A stretch of 64,000 nt of DNA from Calditrichia bacterium (lineage in GTDB: Bacteria; Calditrichota; Calditrichia; JAJRVZ01): the NCBI GenBank assembly GCA_963796965.1, contig CAWCNS010000009.1, positions 96,001 to 160,000 on the forward strand, in the 5' to 3' direction. A program made the position numbers and the translations under genes. The stretch's first letter is position 1; each line of letters opens with the position of its first letter. Below, piece after piece: positions 56,153 to 64,000 of the stretch. The notes under the pieces are model-generated. The model searched no databases and was not told where the DNA came from. It was given only the letters and a program-made list of their open reading frames with translations.

Positions 56153-56238
56153 GTATAGTATTACATTAGTGATATGCAGATGAGATGCGAAAGCAAGTTC
56201 TCCCGTAAAAGGATGTCTCAGGACTGTGTGATTGAATT

Positions 56239-56306
56239 GTCATGCTGAACTTGTTTCAGCATCTCTATCTCCCCTTATATAGATTCCGAAATAAATTCGG
56301 AATGAC
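56239..56306. repeat. Paired palindromic REP-like element
   Basis: gtcatgctgaacttgtttcagcatct ... agattccgaaataaattcggaatgac. Confidence 0.7.
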
Positions 56307-56339
56307 CTATTCGAATTTGGATAATGCCTGAGGAAACGA

Positions 56340-58415
56340 ATGGACCGTAGAGATTTTGTAAAAACGATGCTTGTGTCCACCGGGGCGGTAATGGCCGGAT
56401 CGCCATTTTACTGTCAACCCGGTGAAAAGATGCCTGACATTTTTCCACAGGGTAGCCGGCCGGAAAAATTATTTTATATGGAGATACCCAAAAAAACAGA
56501 CTGGCATACCAAAACATCTCTTGCCTGTTTTCAGGGATTGATCAATCGCAAGGAGACAAGATTTTATCTCAACAATTTTAAAGCGGATATGTTTTGGCTG
56601 AAACATTATGCCGAACAATACGAGATCGACTATCAGCTTGTCTCTGATGTTCAAAATTTGGTCGATATGTTTGGCCAGGATATTGAGGGATATATTGTTT
56701 ACGATCCGGATATGCCCCATTCCTTAAATATTGCCACATCCATGGGTGCTTTGCAGAATGCCGTGCCTGTTAGTAAACATCTGGCCGGAGAGGTCTCCGA
56801 TTTGGGAATTAAAAAGATTGATGACCTGACCGGCAAGTGGAAGGATCTGCACGAGGCCTATGAATGGGCATTAACTAATCTTCAGCCTCAATGTAATCAA
56901 AAATTAATGGCTCATCTCTGTGTTCATGATCCTTATTGGCCAACCAGCAGTTGGACGAATCGGGATTATGTGATTGCACATAAAATCCTCTCCGTGGATA
57001 TTTCTTCATCAGAAAGAGATAAGCGTGACTACCAGTTGCTAAAAAAGTACTATGAAATTTATCCGGAAGAGACAGTGATCTTTGGATGGCATTGTGTGCG
57101 TGATAAAGAACACGAAGCGATCGCCTTATCATCTGAATATGGTCATTATGGCATGTGCTCCCTTCATACAAGTAATATAACCGTTCATTCCAGTATTCAG
57201 CCAAAAGAAAAGACAACCTATAAACAGAGGACAATCCAAAAGAAAGATCTCAGGGTTGAAAACAAAGTATATGTAGCATTTATGGCAACCGATGGCGATG
57301 CCGCCTGGTTTGTGCAGGATTTGATTAGTAAAGACTGGAATAGTCCCGTTCATGGTAAATTTAAATATAATTGGGGATTTTTACCGATGGCCTACGACTT
57401 TCTGCCCGCCATGGTTGATTACTATTTTAAAAACCTGAAAGCAACCGATTATTTTGTCGCCGGGCCAGCCGGTGCTACCTATACCTACCCCCATCTGCAT
57501 CCTAATCCCAAAAAATTTCTCCGTCTTAGTCAAATGTATATGAACAAATGTGGTCTGAATACGGTCCATATGACAAATTGGAATGACCGGGATTGGTGGC
57601 AGGAGGTTGATTTACCAAACTTCCCTGCTCTTCTGCGCGAAACGATGCCAAATTGCGTCGGTTACACACGGGGGATGGGAGAGTCAGCATTTGAACCGCA
57701 TTATATAAAAGGGGGTAAACCCTATATCTTTTGTGGAGAAGGTCTTCATCGTGGTAATGATATTTACAAGGTCATGAATGATTTCATTGAAGCCTGTCCA
57801 AACAGACCTCTGTTTATCTACAATCTGGTCAATCATACCATGCCCATCGCAGAAACCAAGGCCGCCATGGATCGCTTCCCAAAGGATCAGGTAGAGGTTG
57901 TTCATCTTGATGAATTGCTTTTATTGATCGAAAAAGCCTATGAAGAAGGTAAAATTTCTGAGGATTTATATCCTGAGAAAGCTGGGTTGAAAAAATTATT
58001 AATAAGGGATGCGAAAAACGCCTGGCCAGGATTTTACAAGGGAGTTGCTAATACAAAAGCCCAGTGTAGCAAAGGGAAGACTGCATATATTAAGGAAATC
58101 GAAAAAACGGCGATCGGAATTGAGGAGATTAATCCTGCTGATTTTCTTGCCTTTGCAACAATCTGGCAAGCTATGCAAATGGTAAAACTTGCATTGGAAT
58201 CGAAAGGTATCTATGTTAACCATAAGCCAACAGCAACTAAAAATTTTGTGTCCGAATTTAGTGCCCTTGCGGATGTAAATCTTGTTCTTGAATTGCAGCA
58301 GCAGTGGGATAACTGGCATAAAACCACATTTGAATTTGAATCTGCAAAAAAATACACGAAGCGGCTGGTCACGCTCGCATCACATCTTAACAAAACGTAT
58401 TTTAAGAGTACATAA
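56340..58415 (+). CDS. Tat-exported GxGYxYP-family putative glycoside hydrolase
   Basis: MDRRDFVK Tat motif; QGLINR, GYIVYD, TDGD and GPAGATYTYP motifs. Confidence 0.75.
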   Translation: MDRRDFVKTMLVSTGAVMAGSPFYCQPGEKMPDIFPQGSRPEKLFYMEIPKKTDWHTKTSLACFQGLINRKETRFYLNNFKADMFWLKHYAEQYEIDYQLVSDVQNLVDMFGQDIEGYIVYDPDMPHSLNIATSMGALQNAVPVSKHLAGEVSDLGIKKIDDLTGKWKDLHEAYEWALTNLQPQCNQKLMAHLCVHDPYWPTSSWTNRDYVIAHKILSVDISSSERDKRDYQLLKKYYEIYPEETVIFGWHCVRDKEHEAIALSSEYGHYGMCSLHTSNITVHSSIQPKEKTTYKQRTIQKKDLRVENKVYVAFMATDGDAAWFVQDLISKDWNSPVHGKFKYNWGFLPMAYDFLPAMVDYYFKNLKATDYFVAGPAGATYTYPHLHPNPKKFLRLSQMYMNKCGLNTVHMTNWNDRDWWQEVDLPNFPALLRETMPNCVGYTRGMGESAFEPHYIKGGKPYIFCGEGLHRGNDIYKVMNDFIEACPNRPLFIYNLVNHTMPIAETKAAMDRFPKDQVEVVHLDELLLLIEKAYEEGKISEDLYPEKAGLKKLLIRDAKNAWPGFYKGVANTKAQCSKGKTAYIKEIEKTAIGIEEINPADFLAFATIWQAMQMVKLALESKGIYVNHKPTATKNFVSEFSALADVNLVLELQQQWDNWHKTTFEFESAKKYTKRLVTLASHLNKTYFKST

Positions 58416-58944
58416 GGTACTAAATTATAACGGGGTCAGTTTAGAAAAGCTAAACACAAAGGACACAAAGCAGGAACAAAGTTCACAAAGAAAAGATATT
58501 ATATACTTTTTTATTTTTCGGTTGGCGGAAGTATAGGGCTTTAATAAATGATTAAGGATAAGCAAGATCTAAAACTATAAAAAAAATTTGCTTTTCTCTG
58601 TGTCCTTAATGCCTTCTTAGTGAACTTTGTGGTAATCTTTATCTTTTTTTTAAATCTGAATGGCCAGAGGTATTGGTTTACGAGAGAAAAAGTGAATCAC
58701 GAAGGACACGAAGATCACAAAGAAAAGATTTTTTCTATTTATTTTGTCTCGGTTTGTATAGATCTGTGAAAAACCTCCCCCTTTCTCCCCCTCCTTACTA
58801 AGGAGGGGGAACCGAGGGGGTGGTAGTTTAAAACCATTAAATTTTTTTGCTTTTCTCTGAGCACTTTGTGGTTATAAATCAAATTAACAATTAAGTAAAT
58901 CATGTTATTTATTCTGTTGCGACTTTTTCCAGGAAGAGAGAAAA

Positions 58945-61900
58945 ATGACCCAACCAAAAATGAAATTCTTATCCGCTTATTTAATACTCATAGTAGCATC
59001 TATGATCGTGGTATCATCTTGCTCAAAGGTTGAGCAAGGCATTGTCGGGCCCCATAACTTGCGAACAGAATCACAGCAAAACCCTCTTGGAATTGATAAA
59101 TTAGAACCACATCTCTCCTGGAATATTAGCGATTCCCGACGAGGTGCCCTCCAAACAGCTTATCAGATACTAGTCGCAAGTGATTTAAGTCTATTAACCA
59201 AAGATGAGGGCGATATCTGGGACAGTGGAAAAATAGAATCTGACAGATCTGTACATGTTGCCTATAATGGATCCGCCCTGAAATCAGAATCAAGATATTT
59301 TTGGAAAGTACGAACCTGGGATCATGATAACAGTCCATCCAATTATAGTCAGCCCACCTGGTGGGAGATGGGTCTGCTATCAGCTCAGGATTGGACCGGC
59401 CAATGGGTCGGCAAAGAGATTCCACCAGAAAAAATAGTTAAGGGATGGCCATGGGGGTACTGGATATGGCATCCAAAAGAAAGTGGCATAAACATACCGG
59501 TTTTCTTCAGAAAATCGTTTACCATACCATCAAACAAAAAAATCACCAAGGCCCTGGCACGTACTACGGCAGATAATCTTTTTACCTTGCATATTAATGG
59601 GACTAAAGTCGGACAAGGTTCAAAATGGACCGAGGTCTTTGATTTTAATATAGAATCCAACCTGGTTGCCGGAGAAAACCTGATTGCTGTAAAAGCGGCC
59701 AATAGTTTAGGTGATGTATGTGGTTATATATTTAGCCTGAAAATATCATTCGACGATGGTTCTGAGATGGTTATTAATTCTGATAAATCATGGAAAACCA
59801 TAAGTAAAAAGGTCTCAGATTGGAAAAATCCGACCTATAAAGATAATAGATGGGGCCGTGTTCTGGTCATAGGAAAATATGGAACCAGCGAGTGGGGAAA
59901 AATCGATCCTGCTGAAACAATTGTTATTCCAAAATCCATCTTAGTACGAAATTCTTTTAAGATTGACAAACCGATCGCCCAGGCAAGAGCCTATGTAACA
60001 GGACTGGGCAGTTATGTCATGTTCATCAATGGACAACGGATTGGAAAGGATATTTTTACACCCGGATGGACAGATTATCCGACACGCATTCAATACCAGA
60101 CCTATGATGTTACTGATAAGTTGGTTTCCGGACCAAACGCAGTTGGGGCTATCATTGGAAACATGTGGTGGAGTGGCGGATTAGGCTGGAAGGGCGCCGC
60201 CTCATACAGCCGCGGTCCCATGCGATTTTTACTTGAGTTAAACGTCGATTATGAAGATGGTAGTAGTCAAAAAATTGTTACAACCAAAGATTGGAAAACC
60301 CATGACTCTCCCCTTCTGCAAAATCACATCTATCACGGAGAGATCTATGATGCCCGTCAGGAATTATCTGGATGGGCCAAAGCCGGATTTAATGCTTCAA
60401 ATTGGCAGGATGTTGTGGTCCTTAAAGACGAAGGTGCCAAACGCGTAACCCAACAGGGACCAACGATTCAGATTACCGAAACACTCAATCCTTTAAAAAT
60501 TACCCAACCTGACTCTGGTGTATTTGTCTACGACCTTGGACAAAATATGGTCGGATGGGCAGAGTTAAAAGTGAGTGGTCCCGAAGGAACCCGTGTAAAG
60601 ATGAGATTTGCTGAAACCCTTAAACAAGATGGTAATATATATAGAGACAACCTGCGCAGTGCTGAAGCAACTGATACATACATATTAAATGGCAAAGGAA
60701 CTGAAATCTGGGAGCCCCTGTTTACTTACCATGGATTTCGCTATGTAGAAGTCACCGGTTATCCGGGAGAACCAGGTAAAGATGCGATAACGGGAAAGGT
60801 TCTTCACTCCGCTGCCCCGGTAGCGCTTGATTTTTCCTGCTCGAATCAGATCATTAATATGATTCAGCATAATATTACCTGGGGTCAAAGAGGCAATATG
60901 CATAGCGTTCCAACCGATTGTCCACAACGTGATGAACGACTCGGCTGGATGGGGGATGCCCAAATTTTTGCACCAACAGCCTGCTATAACATGGATATGG
61001 CCCGTTTTTGGGGGAAATGGATGAACGATATTACTGATTGTCAGGACAAGGATGGTGCCGTTCATGATGTAAATCCAACAATTGTCGTTACAGGACCTGC
61101 TAAACCAGGCTGGGGTGATGCTGTGGTCGTCGTTCCCTGGGTAGTGTATCAATTTTATGGCGATAAACGGATCATTGAAGAAAATTATGATGCCATGGCT
61201 GCCTGGGTTGAATATATGAAAAATCATAGTGTCGACTATCTTTATGAGCGCAGCGGTTATGGTGATTGGATTGCCGTGGTTGAATCCCCAAAAGAACCCA
61301 TTGGAGCGGCCTATTTTTACTACAGTACCAAACTTCTCGCTAATATGGCAGGTATAATTGGCAAAACAAAAGACGAAACAGAATATAACAAATTAGCCAC
61401 TCGTATCGCAGAAGCATTCAATAAAAAGTATTATGATCCGCAAACGGGAAATTATTTGGGCAATACACAGACGGCAAATTTATTACCGTTTGTATTTGGG
61501 ATTACACCACCTGAGCTCAAGTCTCAGGTTTTCTCTAATATTGTAGCAGATGTAAAAGCAAAGGGTAATCATCCTTCAACCGGATTTTTGGGTACGGCTT
61601 ATTTGCTTCCCGTATTGAGCGAGAATGGTGAGCATGAATTAGCCTACAAGGTTGCCAGTCAAAAAACGTATCCTTCCTGGGGATATATGGTTGAAAAAAA
61701 TGCAACAACCATTTGGGAGTTGTGGAATAGTGATTCTCAGGGTCCGGGTATGAATTCTCGTAATCATTTCGCCCTTGGTTCTGTGGGTGAGTGGTTTTAT
61801 GCCTGGTTAGGAGGAATTCGCCCTGATAATGAAAATCCCGGATTTAAGACATCTATTATTGCCCCAAGACCTGTTGGTGATCTCACCTGGGCGAATTCGA

Positions 61901-62175
61901 GTTTGCAGACACTTTATGGGAATGTAAAGTCAGACTGGAATCTCGATGATGGCATGCTTTCAATGCGGATTAGCATTCCGCCCAATACGAACGCCATGGT
62001 GCATGTGCCTAACTTAGATCAGGTATGGCCGGTAATTGAAGAGTCAGGCAAGGTGCTTTTCCAATCCGGAAAGACAGTTAATGAAGTTCCGGGTATAAAA
62101 CTGGTTAAGAATTCTGACGCATCAACGATTTTTGAAGTTGGATCCGGTGAGTATGAATTCATCGCAAGGAAATAA
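58945..62175 (+). CDS. Alpha-L-rhamnosidase (GH78), lipoprotein
   Basis: PTDCPQRDERLGWMGD, FTYHGFRYVE, ATTIWELW and MNSRNH motifs. Confidence 0.92.
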   Translation: MTQPKMKFLSAYLILIVASMIVVSSCSKVEQGIVGPHNLRTESQQNPLGIDKLEPHLSWNISDSRRGALQTAYQILVASDLSLLTKDEGDIWDSGKIESDRSVHVAYNGSALKSESRYFWKVRTWDHDNSPSNYSQPTWWEMGLLSAQDWTGQWVGKEIPPEKIVKGWPWGYWIWHPKESGINIPVFFRKSFTIPSNKKITKALARTTADNLFTLHINGTKVGQGSKWTEVFDFNIESNLVAGENLIAVKAANSLGDVCGYIFSLKISFDDGSEMVINSDKSWKTISKKVSDWKNPTYKDNRWGRVLVIGKYGTSEWGKIDPAETIVIPKSILVRNSFKIDKPIAQARAYVTGLGSYVMFINGQRIGKDIFTPGWTDYPTRIQYQTYDVTDKLVSGPNAVGAIIGNMWWSGGLGWKGAASYSRGPMRFLLELNVDYEDGSSQKIVTTKDWKTHDSPLLQNHIYHGEIYDARQELSGWAKAGFNASNWQDVVVLKDEGAKRVTQQGPTIQITETLNPLKITQPDSGVFVYDLGQNMVGWAELKVSGPEGTRVKMRFAETLKQDGNIYRDNLRSAEATDTYILNGKGTEIWEPLFTYHGFRYVEVTGYPGEPGKDAITGKVLHSAAPVALDFSCSNQIINMIQHNITWGQRGNMHSVPTDCPQRDERLGWMGDAQIFAPTACYNMDMARFWGKWMNDITDCQDKDGAVHDVNPTIVVTGPAKPGWGDAVVVVPWVVYQFYGDKRIIEENYDAMAAWVEYMKNHSVDYLYERSGYGDWIAVVESPKEPIGAAYFYYSTKLLANMAGIIGKTKDETEYNKLATRIAEAFNKKYYDPQTGNYLGNTQTANLLPFVFGITPPELKSQVFSNIVADVKAKGNHPSTGFLGTAYLLPVLSENGEHELAYKVASQKTYPSWGYMVEKNATTIWELWNSDSQGPGMNSRNHFALGSVGEWFYAWLGGIRPDNENPGFKTSIIAPRPVGDLTWANSSLQTLYGNVKSDWNLDDGMLSMRISIPPNTNAMVHVPNLDQVWPVIEESGKVLFQSGKTVNEVPGIKLVKNSDASTIFEVGSGEYEFIARK

Positions 62176-62179
62176 ATCT

Positions 62180-62351
62180 ATTTCACGCGGCGACGCAACG
62201 CCGCAGCGGAAATAATATTTGATTTTTTTGACGACATGCAATATCTGGAGGAAATCAGAACTCATATATATAATAAAAAATTAAATATATATAACAAGAA
62301 ATTCTTGAAACTTTGATATCTGCGCTGCGTCGTAGCGTCGCTGCGTGAAAT
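62180..62351. repeat. TTTCACGC(G/A)GCGACGC inverted REP-like element
   Basis: tttcacgcggcgacgcaacgccgcagcg ... cgctgcgtcgtagcgtcgctgcgtgaaa; a left arm also occurs at ~51500. Confidence 0.7.
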
Positions 62352-62376
62352 AAAACTTCAAATTTATGAGGATTTT

Positions 62377-63621
62377 ATGAAAGAATATCTAGAAAAAACC
62401 AGAAACTACTTAAACGAAAAATTGATACCGTTTTGGGCTGAGCGTGCAGTTGATCATAAATATGGCGGATTCCAGACAAACTACGATAAATATGGCAAGC
62501 GTACTGAAGTCACAGAGAAATCCATGCTGGCTCAATGCCGTAGTATTTTCACCCTATCACATGCCATGAGACTCGGATTTGATTGGCCAAATGGGGTAGA
62601 AAGCGTCCAACAAGGAATAGATTTTCTTTTTAAATATTTTCGTGATCCTGAATACGATGGTTACTATTGGATAGTAGATGAGGATGGTAAAGTAACAGAT
62701 GATAATAAAATAATCTACGGTCATTCGTTTCTCATCTATGGACTCTCAGAGTTCGCACTTCTTACGGGAAATAAAGAGGCTGAGGCTGAGGCATCCCGTG
62801 TCTTTGACATGCTGCAGGAAAAAGTAGTTGACCAAGAAAATGACGGCTATTACGAGCATTTTGATCGCCAATTTAAATTGAAAGAAGCGCGGGGTGATAT
62901 AACGTCACATAAGTCACTCGATGTACATATGCATTTGATGGAGGCCTACACGACGCTCTATGAAAAAACAAGATCGGAGATCCATAGAAAAGCCTTAACG
63001 GATGTAATTGATTTGATATTTGCTAAAATGATCGATCCCAAAACGGGAACAGGCATATCTATGTTTACACCCGACTGGAAACCGATTGCCAATGTAGAAT
63101 TGGATACGGTCTGGGGGCGGGATCGCTTTGATGAAGATGGCAAAGGTGTTGATATCACGTCTTACGGACATAATATCGAACTTGCCTGGTTATATTTACA
63201 TGCTCAGGATATTATGGGAATTCCCCGTAGTGAAAGTCTTAATCGGGTTGTACCCATTTATGAGCATACCTACGAGAAAGGAATTGATTGGGAAAATGGT
63301 GGAATCTTTGTTGAGGGTCATCGGAATGGTGAACCAACTGAAGTGACAAAGGAATTCTGGCAGCAAGCCGAGGCAATGGTTGGCTTTCTTGACGGATATA
63401 TATTAACAAAAAATGAAAAATACCTGGATGCCTTCAGGAATGTTCATGATTTTGTATTTACAAAAGGTATCAACTGGGAGTTAGGTGAGTGGTATGCCCT
63501 GTTAGAGAAAAATGGTGATCTGATATGGGACTACATGGGTACCAGTTGGAAAGTTTTTTATCATACTGTGCGTGGAACTTGCCAGGTGGTAAAGAAATTG
63601 GAACAGTTAGTAGAAAAGTGA
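62377..63621 (+). CDS. AGE-family epimerase (N-acylglucosamine/cellobiose 2-epimerase-like)
   Basis: HMHLMEA, SYGHNIELAW, FWQQAE and WKVFYHT motifs. Confidence 0.85.
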   Translation: MKEYLEKTRNYLNEKLIPFWAERAVDHKYGGFQTNYDKYGKRTEVTEKSMLAQCRSIFTLSHAMRLGFDWPNGVESVQQGIDFLFKYFRDPEYDGYYWIVDEDGKVTDDNKIIYGHSFLIYGLSEFALLTGNKEAEAEASRVFDMLQEKVVDQENDGYYEHFDRQFKLKEARGDITSHKSLDVHMHLMEAYTTLYEKTRSEIHRKALTDVIDLIFAKMIDPKTGTGISMFTPDWKPIANVELDTVWGRDRFDEDGKGVDITSYGHNIELAWLYLHAQDIMGIPRSESLNRVVPIYEHTYEKGIDWENGGIFVEGHRNGEPTEVTKEFWQQAEAMVGFLDGYILTKNEKYLDAFRNVHDFVFTKGINWELGEWYALLEKNGDLIWDYMGTSWKVFYHTVRGTCQVVKKLEQLVEK

Positions 63622-63702
63622 TTAAAGACCGATTTAACTATTAAGGACAGAAAATATATATACGTTAATCCAAATGATATTATTTAGAATTGTAGTATAT
63701 TG

Positions 63703-63821
63703 GTCACCCTGAACCCTGGCCTGTCGCCAGGGCAGGCTTGTTTCTCCAAAAGAGTCCTTTGGACAGGGTCTTAATATCTGTTTTTATGAATCCAGACCCA
63801 AATTTCATTCGGGAAAATGAC
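63703..63821. repeat. REP-like element of the 56239 type carrying two nested hairpin insertions
   Basis: gtcaccctgaac[cctggcctgtcgccagggcaggc]ttgtttc[tccaaaagagtcctttggac]agggtct ... aatgac. Confidence 0.7.
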
Positions 63822-63941
63822 ATTTTTTATTGTATATTGATCTAATTAATTATTATCATTAACTATTCTAATCAGAAATATTGTCTAAAAACAATTAACT
63901 TTAATCACAAATAAATTTACATATGTAACAGGAGATTTAAT

Positions 63942-64000
63942 ATGGATGATCAAACCAAAAATGATGGCATGTCCCGGAGAAAATTTATCGGAAGTATGGC
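63942..64000 (+). CDS. Start of a Tat-signal protein (truncated by window)
   Basis: AGGAG RBS then MDDQTKNDGMSRRKFIGSM. Confidence 0.65.
   Translation, partial: MDDQTKNDGMSRRKFIGSM

Overview
About 64 kb of AT-rich bacterial DNA. Five genes end in a Por/T9SS-type 'NYPNPFNP...KKMxLxK' C-terminal sorting domain (CTD), which with the general gene content suggests an FCB-group organism such as Calditrichota, KSB1 or Ignavibacteria (inference). Many genes are split by 1-bp indels, probably long-read assembly errors. Ordinary content: Na/Pi cotransporter, M1 peptidase, PadR plus ABC permease, cyanophycinase plus YfcC, a lipid-related cluster, Ser/Thr kinase, sigma54 activator, two hybrid two-component sensors, toxin-antitoxin pairs, and a sugar cluster (DUF1080, GH2, SSS, GxGYxYP, GH78, AGE epimerase). 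The standout structure is on the minus strand. A sigma70-type promoter precedes three tandem tRNA-Asp(GTC) copies (38539-38914), two with arms replaced or interrupted by small hairpins. Over the next ~32 kb lie at least 11 co-oriented tRNA-Asp 3'-end mimics. Six are followed by a terminator-like hairpin and an 80-aa GIY-YIG nuclease gene (3 intact, 3 remnants), and several are preceded by the last codons of a CTD gene. Cargo genes lie between the repeats and I recognise no integrase in the window. This looks like a tRNA-anchored, GIY-YIG-associated cassette accretion system with site-specific hairpin insertion; the mechanism is my inference.
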